Shown here: positions 1 through 11,299 of the stretch, one piece after another
Position numbering within the stretch: position 1 is the first letter of the stretch
Layout of the letters: the number at the start of each line of letters is the position of its first letter
Source of the DNA: Heteronotia binoei
Taxonomy: Eukaryota
DNA length: 64,000 nucleotides
Direction: 5' to 3'
Assembly: GCF_032191835.1 (NCBI RefSeq)
Contig: NC_083229.1
Coordinates: 93,868,001-93,932,000 of the forward strand
Made by a program: the position numbers and the translations under genes
Notes under the pieces: model-generated
What the model saw: the letters and a program-made list of their open reading frames with translations, nothing else
Told to the model about the DNA's origin: nothing
The model's database searches: none

Positions 1-651
1 GCCCCAACCCCAATAACACAATGAAGTGGTTGAGTGAGGTCCTGTTATTAGAGGAGGCTGACCTACCCTAATGTCTCTGTGAGTGTGAGAGAGAAGATGT
101 GAAAAGTGAAATGGTCATGGCTTCTAGAGATTTTTAAAAGAGATGAGAAGGGTAGTGAAGTGTGATGGCCTGACATACTTGTAACCCTGAACCTGAAAGA
201 CAGAGGTTTGCAAATGGCAGTAGGCACTTGGTGTGAGTGTAGAAGGGACTTCATAATACCCTATCCTTTGTTAGAAGACTTGCTTAGGACTATAAGGAGG
301 CAGACAAAATGTAGCACTAATAATGTGCCATCTCCAGTGCACATTATTAGTGTGACCTGGAAGTGATGCCCTCATGTCAGGTGACACTCTACAATTCCCC
401 TGTTTAAATCAGTTTGGGGCAAATGCTAGAGTATCACCACCCCAGTCCAATGACATCAAATTCACCCCCAAAACTGTAAGTCCCTGTCTCACCCATCTCA
501 TGTCAGTTGGATATCCAAATGAGAATACAAACATGTGATCCAACCACATATGCAACATAGCACTCTGGCAGGGAAGAAAATGGAGAAGGATGGAATATTA
601 GAAAAGAAGTTATGCAGCTTCCCTACTGCACATCCCAACAAGATTAAAAAG

Positions 652-930
652 AGGGTTACCAGCCCCACAGTTTCAGCTTCCTGTCAATATTTGGAGCAAC
701 AGCAGGTGATTTTTCTTTAATGGGTGTTGAGCTGACAGTGTGATGTCACTTCTGGGGAAAACTTGGAACTGACAAGTTGACAACAGTCTTCCTAGGAACT
801 GCCATGATTTTACTACTGAGTTTCCAGTGACTGATAGAGAGATGTTATGTCACTTCCAAGTTTTTCTCAGAAGTAGAATCATGCCTTGCTCACTGCTACC
901 CACCCATGTCTCTGCCCCCTGTCTCCTACT
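652..930. mobile_element. Degenerate non-autonomous DNA element of the TAGGGTTGCCA family (GTGATGTCACTTC-containing type)
   Basis: Starts AGGGTTACCAG, which resembles the family TIR. Internal gtgatgtcacttc motifs are shared with the elements at 22227 and 49819. Boundaries approximate. Confidence 0.45.
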
Positions 931-1489
931 CTTTTAAATGTATTTTTATACCAACAAAAATATAACAAACATGTGGAAAGCACTGCGCAATATAATTGTG
1001 CATAGCACTCGTGCGCCAGTTTTGAATACCAAAATCCAGACCTTATATTCTTTGGGGCTGCTGCTCAAATTGTGAACAAAATGAAGTCTGAACAGGTTAT
1101 TGAGACACTTGCTCCTGCAGACTTCTCCCAAATTCTGACAGTCATAAAGAAATCCATCACTAATTTAAAAAAAAAAAAACACTATTCATCCTAGGCAAGA
1201 AGTAGAACTATTATAAGAACAGTAGAACTGTTATAAGAACTATGACTTGGATCCTGCAGAACATTTCCCTGTTAGAAGAGATCTGCTCACCCATAAACCA
1301 AAATGCTCCCCTGATGCTACTGCTGAGGGACAGGGAACTAGCAAAAATGGTATGAAAGGGAGTTGAAGCTATGTGTCAGGACAGGAGAATTAGTGAAAAT
1401 TCAATTAAAATCTGTATTGAATCCAACCCCATATCTCATAATAGGTATGATCCAAGAGCAGAATATGCAGCTGCAACAACATTGGAGCA

Positions 1490-2328
1490 TAGGGTTGCCA
1501 AGTTCAATTCAAGAAATATCTGGGGACTTTGGGGGTGGAGCCAGGAGACATAGGGGCGGAGCCAGGAACAAGGGTGTGACAAGCATAATTGAACTCCAAG
1601 GGAGTTCTGGCCATCACATTTAAAGGAACTGCACACCTTTTAAAATGTCTTCCTTCCATAGGAAATAATGGATAGGGGCACCTTCTTTTAGGGCTCATAG
1701 AATGGGACCCCCTGGTCCAATCGTTTTGAAACTTGGAAGATACTTTGGGGAGAGTCATTAGACACTATACTGAAAATTTGGTGCCTCTACCTCAAAAAAC
1801 AGCTCCCCCAGAGCCCCCAAAACCTCCAGGTCAATTCCCCATTATACCCTATGAGAATCAATCTCCACATAGAGAATAATGCTCAGCAGACGTGTCCCCC
1901 CCCCATTTCTGGCGATTCTGAAGGGGATGGGCCTTTCTACTCATGAGTTGCTGCCAACTTCTTCAAAGTAACACAGACACACCATCCCAAGAGGAAGCCT
2001 TTCAATCAGCGACTGAAGCCTCCGGAGGTAGAAATGCACATGGTCCAGACTCCCCGAGGAGACGCCACCCGGCAGCCAGAGAGGATGCAAGGACTACAAG
2101 TCCCAGCATGCACCTCGTGAAGGGAGGCCGGACTGGAGCGAATAGCAGGCCGGCAGTGGGCAGGTCTTTGTGACTCGGAGGAAGGGAGAAGCCTTAAGCC
2201 AGGCAGGGAAAGAGGCACTGCGCCGTTCCACCCCCCACCCCCGCTATCAGATTTTTAGAGAGCAGGGGATTAGGCTGCTAATCCAGGGGTCCCCTGGCAG
2301 GGCGGGGGGGGGGGGGTTGGAAAGCCTA
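1490..2328 (+). mobile_element. Non-autonomous hAT DNA transposon
   Basis: Ends TAGGGTTGCCA / TGGAAAGCCTA; 8-bp TSD TTGGAGCA / TTGGAGCG (7/8). Bases 1490-2046 are colinear with the reverse complement of 28061-28740. The TSD length points to hAT. Confidence 0.85.
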
Positions 2329-2528
2329 TTGGAGCGTTTATATCACTTCAGAATTACAACTGCCACCATGAGGTGCCATATAAGAGTAAACATGCAGGTA
2401 TAGAAATTTACAGGGTCTTATGCTGATGTAAGCAGCTCTTAAAAGAATCACAGCTCTTAAAAGCTGAAATTCAAAGAGGTAGAGAGATTCCTTTTTCACC
2501 TGGAAATTGCTATTTCAAGTTCGGAGAC

Positions 2529-3146
2529 CAGGGATTGGGCATGAACCACAAAAATGTGGTTTAGTTTGTGGTTCATGGGTGAATCACAAACCCAATTGGC
2601 TCACATATTAACCAAACCCAGTTTATAAAGTTCATGCCCAAAACAGCTGAGCCATGGGTACACCCTGTTTCCATGGCTCTGTTGTTTCAGACTCTAAACA
2701 GCTGAGCTGTAGGAGCAGGCTGTCCCTGCAACTGAGCTGTTTCTGACTGAAACTGTTTAGATTAGAAACAGCTGAGCCACAGCAGCATCCTGTTCCCACA
2801 GCTCAATCGTTTAAAGGGGCTTTCTTGAGCAGCCAACCCCTATGGCAGGCTGCCCAAGAAAGCCCCTTTAAACAGCTGAGCTTTGGGAAGCAAACTGTGC
2901 TGTCTGCCCAAACACCTGAGCTGTGAACCCAAAACACCTGAGCTGTGGGAGCAGGCTACCCTTGTGCTTCAGCTGTTTTTGATCTTGTGGCAGCTTTTGT
3001 GGGGAAGAGGAAGCAGGGGTGTAATGCTCACCACAAAGGCATGAACTGCCTTAAAAGTTGGTGGTTTGTGGCTGGGCTGTAGTTTGTGAACTTCAGTTTG
3101 CAAACCATGGACCACCCAAAATCCATGAGCTGGTTCTTGCCCACCA
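2529..3146. mobile_element. Foldback MITE (AGGGATGGGCACGAAC-type ends, hAT-like)
   Basis: Left end CAGGGATTGGGCATGAACC, right end GGTTCTTGCCCACC. Internal AAACAGCTGAGC repeats occur in both orientations. Central hairpin 2809-2873 has 26-bp arms (25/26 match) and a 13-nt loop. Confidence 0.75.
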
Positions 3147-3349
3147 GAGACTTAAACATGGCTATCAGAGACTTAAACATGGAATCCATCATTTACTGCT
3201 GCTTTGTATATCAACAGAAACACTTTCTTCTTGAATACTATTACAAACCCCCCACAAACAAAACAAAAGTTGTGGTGAAAAAACTATTAGAACTAAATGT
3301 TCTACTAAAATGAGAGTTCATCATTTGAATTCTCTGTAATAACTGTATG

Positions 3350-3470
3350 TAACTAAGATTGTGAATAATCTAAATTTGAATGTGTTAATTTTAGCAGTCC
3401 TTGACTGCTTTTAAGTTGCTGTAATTGTGATGGCCAATCGCTTTACACTATAAATTTTACTGAACTGAAC
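3350..3470 (+). mobile_element. 5'-truncated LINE 3' end with (ACTGA)n tail
   Basis: Ends in actgaactgaac and is flanked by a duplicated CTGTAATAACTG (3334-3345 and 3470-3481). Confidence 0.6.
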
Positions 3471-4924
3471 TGTAATAACTGCATGAGCAAATGCCTGTTC
3501 AGGATTAGAACAAAATCAAATATCATATTTTTCAGCCTATTCTTCAAAGCAGTGGCTAATTGAAGATGTTTTTTTTAAAAAAATAAATATATTTCTATGT
3601 TACTTCAGCACAAGACTAGTAAATTAATGCTGCTGTTAATACACATTTTAATTCATACATGTGGCATTAGGTTGTTACACAGCTTTGGTTTTCTCCTGTT
3701 ATCTGCATTGCAGAACTAGTCGCTTAGCATTATGATATCTGTCAGATATTAAACTCAAACTTCCCATTAGGCTCTAGAAATAACAGTTTTTATTTAATCA
3801 TCATCAACTTGCTCATGTTTCAGCATGGAAATATATTACATTATTGCTCAAGCCATGAAAAATACATTAAGGCAAATAATATTAGGTTGGGAAAGTAATG
3901 AAGAAAAACACAACACAATGAATTTGCTTGCTCTGAAAAGAAAGCTTTATGCCAGATTTATTGCAAACTTACAGCAATGTATAATCACCTGTCATTTTAA
4001 TACTAAGACGAATCATCATATGGTGACATATCCTCGTTTGATTTGAAGCTTATTTTAGTCACTATCATCTTCCCACTTGACTGAAGCGAAAATGCTCAGG
4101 AATATAAACCCATTATTAGAAACTAGGTAATAAACAGGAAGTGAAAAGAACTATGATCAGGGAGTTTATATGCTGCTTTTGTAGAATTTTCCCCATACCA
4201 TTTGACATATAATTCAGGGAAGTAAGCAAGGGCCACAGTGGGAATTTTGCTTGCCACACAGAGGGAGAACACTACCTGCTTCTTTCTGGGCTAGGGTGTG
4301 CTCATTATTTTATTATTATTTATTATTACTTTGCATTTGTGTGTGTATAAATGTTACTATCAGGTGTCATAATGTGTGTATAAAAGTTACTATCAGGTTC
4401 TTTGTCATGTCTTTTCCTCTGTTTCTTCTAATTTCTCTGACTTCCCTCTAACATCTATTTACCTATTCGTTTGGAAAGAAGAGTCACCAGTTTCAATGAA
4501 AATTGTTTTGAAGCATGGCTACTTAGCATTAGAGATGCCATGAACTTTACAAATAACATGGTGGAAAATGGAACTGTCCCTGTCTGAAATGCTTGCCTAT
4601 TTACTGCTATACTTTAATCCCCCTTTCCTCCAAGGAACTCAGTGGGATATGTATAGTTTTTTCCTCTTTCATTTCTTCATAACTACCCTGTGAGGAAGGT
4701 TAGACTGGAAGAAATTGACTGACTCAGTTTCATCCACAGAGCTTTGTGGCCTAGTGGAGACTTCAGTCTGTTATCTACTCTGGTTCAGTTCAGCCACCCA
4801 ATCACTATACTGGTTCTTTTCCCCTAATACTTCTAAGTTAATTGTATACATTAAAGTAAGATTTGAGTTTTTGTGATGCTTTTGAATTTGTATATTTGTC
4901 AATGTTCATGATAGCAGTGGCTGT

Positions 4925-5325
4925 TTTGGGGGACTCTACATACAGAGGCAGCAGTCCTCTGAATACCAGTGCTGGAAGTAGGGTTGCTGACTCCAGGTTG
5001 AGGAATTCCTGGAGATTGGGGGACAGAGTGTAGAGAGGGCAGAGAGGAGAAAGTTCAGCTGGGATACAGTGTTATAGAGTTCTCTCTACTACGTTGCCAG
5101 TCTCCAAGAGAACTGACCCCTGTAGTCTGGAGTTGGACATCAACTGAAATTCTGGGAGACAGGTAGGTTCCACCTGAAGGGTGGCAACTTTAGCCAGGAA
5201 GCAGCACCAGGGGAAGCCCTTGGTTTCTAGGCTGTATTTGTCATCTTCCAGTTGAATGCTATCTAAAATGGGTTGTTAGACTAGATGGACAGCTGATCTG
5301 ATCCATCAAAGCTCTTCTAATGTTC
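4925..5325 (+). mobile_element. CR1-related 3' end fragment, interrupted by a MITE
   Basis: Terminal ...gactagatggacagctgatctgatccatcaaagctcttctaatgttct resembles the squamate CR1-type tail also seen at 45940-45986. Confidence 0.55.
4979..5192. mobile_element. Short TAGGGTTGCCA-family MITE
   Basis: Ends TAGGGTTGCTG and GTGGCAACTTTA. Confidence 0.7.
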
Positions 5326-6350
5326 TCAGAACAAACTGAATTTCATATTGGCATTGGGCACAAATGGTTTAAACTTTTGAGCTTACAGACTGCTTTTGTA
5401 TCCTTAATGCTGGCAAATAGCAGCATCCATGAACAGTCAGTCATGGCAAAAGACATTGTGATGCAAGACATATATAGTGTGTGGCATAGTTGTCTAGGCA
5501 ACTAACAAGCCAATCCTGAAAACAGTTATACCATTCTAAGGGAAGACATTTAATTAATTTGGGAGTTTTTTTCTATTTATTTGCTGTCTTGAATTGTAAT
5601 TTTAATTTGTTGCTTCTTATTAATTGTTATGGTTATTGTTTTGTTTTTTCTAAGCTGCCTTGATTTCTGTAAGGCTAATGTTTTAAATAAATAAAAATAA
5701 ACCAATTGAAGTCAACAAGCTTAGAACAGTGTTGTTCCCCTGATGCACACATCTGTGCACACACTCATACACACATACAAAGAACAGTTGCCAAATGGAA
5801 GTCCAAACAGGCACAGGGACAAAACATTTAAGATATAAGAAGTAACAAGTGGACTACATCCCATCAGCTTTTCTGCTGGTGCAAGAAGGAGGAGGGGATT
5901 CTAGAAATGTCAGGAACAAAAACATTTGGGATGGCGCTGTACTAAGGAGGGGAATTAGGTAAAATTACACCATCATGAGAAGCAAAACCAGCAGTATCCA
6001 GTCCAACATTAAAAAAAAAAAAAGCTTTTGGATATGCTATAATCAAATCAAACATGATTCGTGCAGTGTATAATTAGACTGTTGGCTAGAATAGTAATGG
6101 TATTTCAGACCAGATCTACATATGTAGACATATCTACATATGCAGGCTGGATTCACATATGGAGTAGGAATAAGATGTTAGAATATTGGTATAGTATCAT
6201 TGCTAATAGAAGGTATGAACTTAAATTTTTTGGAAGCCCTTCATGTGTGAAGCACCCTGAAAAAAGAAATGTAGAACGGATGGGAGGAAAGGTTAGAGAG
6301 TACAGTTTTCCTGCTATGCTGATCTTCTACTTACAGAGATTTTAGCATTG

Positions 6351-6656
6351 GTAAAAGGTAAATGTAAAGGTAGTCCCCTGTGCAAGCACCAGTCATTTTC
6401 GACTCTGGGGTGACGTTGCTTTCACCATGTTTTCATGGCAGACTTTTTACAGGGTGGTTCCATTGCCTTCCCCAGTCATCTACACTTTCCCTCCAGCAAG
6501 CTGGGTACTCATTTTACCAACCTTGGAAGGATGGAAGGCTGAGTCAACCTGGAGCCAGCTACCTGAACCAGCTTCCACTGGGATCGAACTCAGGTCGTGA
6601 GCAGAAAGCTCCGGCTGCAGTACTGCAGCTTTACCACTCTGTGCCACAGGGCTCTT
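6351..6656 (-). mobile_element. Sauria-type tRNA-derived SINE
   Basis: Reverse complement of the copy at 61770-62066. tRNA-like head and (ACCTTT)-type tail. 11-bp TSD TTTTAGCATTG at 6340-6350 and 6657-6667. Confidence 0.9.
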
Positions 6657-8319
6657 TTTTAGCATTGAAGAACATTACAAATCTATGGTCTCCCATCTGC
6701 AATCTGAAGTGGTGTACCCATTCTATCACTTCAGTGCTTTTCAAATTTGTTCTGCTGCATATGTAGAAGATCACGCTCATCCAAATTGCTTGCACTTTAT
6801 AGTTTGTAATTCATCACAACCCACTGATTTCTGGAACCATATAGGGATTAGAGTTTTTAACATTTTTCCCCCTTTGTGAGGGGACTCACAATTGGAGTGC
6901 AGTGAATGTGTGCCATAACAGACATGTCATCTTCTCACTGAGATAAAGTGGACAACACTTTACTCCATAGTTTTACTTCATAATAAATAATCTGTGTGGT
7001 TTGTTGAAGGTCCCGACAGAACTGTCCCTTGGACTAGCTCCCCCTCCCCCTTTCAATTGCAACCAGTAATTTGCATTGTTGGCTGAACCCATCTGTCATT
7101 CAGATCAGGGAGTGCCTCTTTGACCTGTTACATATTTTTATGCTATAATAATAGCACAATCAGCTAATGGAAAGGAAGAATGTTGAACTATTTTATTGAA
7201 ATTACCCAATATCTGGAGGAGCCTTTGCTTTAGGGCAGGTTGCTCTTTCCAGCCTTATAAATATTTCAAACTATCCTTCCTCCAAATTGTTAATATAGTT
7301 CTGGCTACAGTCCATTTCTAGAAGCCATAGAAACACAAGAGCTTTTCCTTCACTGAAAGTGGTCCTTCAAAATAGGCTTCTATTGGGATGCAAATAGAAA
7401 GTGTAAAGATGGAAAAGAGTGTTGACACCACTACTTCAAACTAATCCATAGGTTCAGATGAGCTGGGTTCTGATAAATGCACACAGTGTTTATTGCAATT
7501 TATCCCACTCATCCCAACTCTTTGGCAGAACTTTATTTCTTACATTCAAGAGAAAAGGTCATTGGTAAACAAAACCCAGCTTTGGGAGTGATGGAAAATC
7601 ATTATTATCTGATAGACATTATATGGCTCATGTGAAATGAGCTTGTCCCAGATGGGGATCAGTGATCTGAATCAGAAAAAGTCCTGAGTCTTAACCCTTT
7701 CTCTATATTATAGCTTGAAAAATGTCTCAATCAGTTTTAATGCAGTTATTTTCTCTTCCAAATAAGTCTCAGAACCTAAGCTAGTGTCATAGGTAATCCA
7801 CTTCATACCAACCAGCAATGAACTGTCTGGATCTATTATTCCTCTCTGTAATGCATGCCCAGATTTAGCTCATCATCTATGAAAGGATGTATAGAAAAAT
7901 CATTAGTAGGGTGCTTGTTCATTCAGAATTTTTATTGTTGCTTCATTTTTTCATTATGAAAATGATATATGCAAAAGATGAGGAGGACTTCTATAAATAA
8001 AAAAGACAATGTCACAAACAATACAAACCAATCAAATATATGCAGAATTTTATTCTTTCACGCAATCTGAACTCTGAACTCAGTGTATGAGTTTTCATAC
8101 ATTGTCCACAGGCTTTGTATGTACTTTTTTTATTTTAAGGTCCAATAATTTTGAGAAGCTGAACCTATCAATCAGCTTTGAACCCACCCATCTTTTGATG
8201 AGCTTGGGCAGCATGCATGCTTCTGTTCTCCTGTATTTTGTCCTCATAAGAATCTGCTGTAGCAGGTCTAGGGCACCCATATTTCTGGGCATTATGGGGT
8301 ATAAACTTTAAAAAAACTG

Positions 8320-8510
8320 ATTACTTTTGTTTACTCTGACCTACCTCCAAAGAGCTCAAACTGGAACACACAGTTATTCCCTGACTATTTTATCTTCACT
8401 ATAACTCACACATACACAGATTGAGAGAGAGAGAGAGATTAGTTAGAGGTCACATGGTGAACGTCAAAGCATAGTGGAAATTTGAATACTGATTTCCCAA
8501 GTACAGTCTG
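8320..8510 (-). mobile_element. Degenerate SINE
   Basis: Loose similarity to the Squam-like SINE body seen elsewhere in the window. Confidence 0.4.
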
Positions 8511-8511
8511 G

Positions 8512-8960
8512 CAGGGAGGGGCACAAACAGGTTCATGAACCAAAATACTGCACAAACTTGGCCTAGTTCAGAGCTCCCAAACATTTAGTGGACTTTTGTC
8601 TGGGCCATTTAAACTTAACAGCTCAGCCAACCTGTTAGGTTTAAATGATAGCGAACCATTTCATGAGTTGGTTTCACTGTCCCCCACTTTGAAGCATGGG
8701 GAAGCAAAATGGACCAATGAAATGGCTGCCAGCCATTTCAGCTGTGAGCCATCTAAACCTAACAGTGATGGGTGCACCTGCTCAGGCTGAAATGACTGCA
8801 AGCCATTTCTCTGATTGGTTTGGCTTCCTTCCACTTCCAAGAATGGGGAAGAAAAATGGACCAGTGAAATGACTTGCAGCCATTTCATCCTAACAACTGA
8901 TGGGCATATTCACCCCACTATTAGGCTGAATTGGCTGCAAGTTAAATGACTTCCTATGAT
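8512..8960. mobile_element. Truncated AGGGATGGGCACGAAC-type element with ~145-bp internal tandem duplication
   Basis: Left end CAGGGAGGGGCACAAAC. 8657-8740 is repeated at 8802-8887. No right TIR was found. Confidence 0.55.
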
Positions 8961-11299
8961 GGACACAACTGCTTCTGAAGGGACACTTCCTGAAGATTCA
9001 GGTGATGCTTTCTGGGCTCTTCTGAAAGACCTCCTGCATCAAGGAGATGAAGAAGAGCACTGTAGGAAAAATACACCTTTTAGTTTAAGTTTCCCTGCAA
9101 TGGGGAGGGAACAAATTAAAAGTATAATATAGTCTGTGGTTTGGATCTAAGAAGAGCTGGCAGACTCTGTTTCAGATTTTGTTAGAGGCTGAAAAATAAG
9201 GCAACCATTACTGAAGAGTGGGCAGAAGGTGAAATAGCTCTGTTTGGAGTTCTGACATGGTGTAACGTATATAGATCTGCAGGAGTGCCTCTGTGTCTCC
9301 ATTGGTGTTGCACCTGCATATTTGTAAATAAAGCAAATAGTACAAATATACAAGACTCCAGTTCTCAACCTCTAAGGGAGCTAATCCAGGCCACGGCTAG
9401 CTCCTGAAACTTCATACTTCTCAAAGAAGTAGTGTGTATATGTATGTAATAATTCCAACAAATGAAAGTAAAAAAGAGAGAAAGAAAAGACAGTCAACAA
9501 CAATAATGATGTTTACTTAATTTTAGCAAGCAGAAACAAGTTACTCAATAAAAAAATGCTGAACCATAGAAACATAAAATTATATGTTTTGCCCAACTAA
9601 CCAGAATTTGCTCTCTCTCACACTCTTAAAAAAAGAAGAGAAAATAAGTGCCTGGGTTGCACAGAATGAATTTAGTTTTACTTATTCCCACCCCATCCCT
9701 AAAAATATAATCTATATAAATAATTCTTTATAAATGGAAATGTCAATACATGAACTTTTAAAAAACAAATGGTTTGCCACAGGTTATCAAACGTATGCCT
9801 TGCAACAAAGCAGTTATAATAAATTATGCTGACAACTTTCTAAAATAGCATTGATCTTCAATACTAAGTAGACATGTCATTGGCTCAAGGCCCAAAACTG
9901 TCATTAACCTGCCTTTGTAATGTACTATATAACTTAGCTATAAATGTAAGGTACAAAGTAGTATGTAGAAATGAAAGTGAACCAAATAACTTGGAAATAA
10001 TAAACTATCTTTGTGATACCTTAGCAAATTCATTGTGGCGTAAGCTTACATGAGCCTTAGTCCACTTTGTCAGATATATGCATCTTTAGAAATCAAATAA
10101 ACCTGTAATAGTAATAAGGGAAACTGTCATGTTTTATGTGTAGTGGGGAGAGGCCAGAATTAAGTTTTGGCTCTAGCTTGGAATTTGGGTCCATGCAATT
10201 GCTGTGACAAGATGCCTTTCTTCCTTTCAGAGCAACCTGATCTTAAAACTCACCTTTACATGTCCAAATTTTAAAAACACACAATGACCTCTGTTTAAGT
10301 GCCCTTTCAAAAACACCTAGACCCATAGACTGCACAGTGTTATTGACAGGACCATGATGATATATTGGGGCACTCATTCCAAGTGTCATGACCACTGTGA
10401 GGTACAGTAGAATCAGGCAAGGTGCCATCTAGGGGCTAACAGTACCACATTTGTTTGAATCAAGCATTTTGTGTGTTTCTGAATATGAGGAATCAGAGGT
10501 GATAACTTTCAGTGGGACCTTTCGTGGCTCTCAGTAGCTCTTGTTATAATTATAGAATTTTCTACAATGTAGTAGCATGTGCTGTATGGCATACATTTAA
10601 TGGCAGTATTATGGGGGCATGGCAGCTAGTAGAAGTCAATGGACTTAGAAAAGCATAATTCTGCTTACTGTTAAAATTGTTCAAAAATAAAGAAAATAAT
10701 GGGGGAGCCACTTCAAGTCCACTGAAGTACCAAGGTATTTTCCAACTAAAGTGAAATTGAAACAAAATGGATACTTTTAGTTTGGTGCTAATCCAGACTC
10801 AGATCTGATCAAAGTTGTTGACTCAGAGGTCAAATTGGAGTGCAATTTAGGAATGAGAATTTTTTGACATTTTCCTACAGCTTTTCCTTTCCACAATATT
10901 TTCTCTCACACAAAACCACACACAGTCAAAATCTCTGATTAAACACAAGAGGTGACAAAGCATTTTTGACCCAATTTCATGCTCATTATAAAGTGCTAGG
11001 AATGATTATCACAATTTGAGTGCAAGCATTAAGAAAACAAACAGCTGTTTATAGGCAACTTTTCAGCAAATGAGGTGTTTTCTAAACAAAAAGGTAATTA
11101 GTTTATTTTAAAGACTTGTACTTGCATAATGATGCAGGCACTGGTGTTTGCCAGCTCTCACCTCCTTGGAATGAATGTGTGGGGGGGGGGGAATAGAGGC
11201 TCGGTGCTGGCCAATAGGAGGGTGGCTTGCCAGCCAAGTAGGCCAGCAGCAGCCTCCTCTCCCCCCCCCACACCAATCCAGCCTGGCATGCATGAAGGA

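Noticed and set aside
1201-1240. 20-bp tandem duplication (similar ones at 2433-2462, 3146-3187 and 15011-15055)
   Set aside because: Ordinary slippage-type duplications with no further structure.
1363-1758. ORFs repeated at 28469-28867, suggesting a duplicated gene
   Set aside because: Both lie within two copies of the same non-autonomous hAT element.
10254-10316. 63-nt minus-strand exon candidate with a strong GTGAGT donor
   Set aside because: Poor polypyrimidine tract and an unrecognised peptide; consistent with a chance pseudo-exon.
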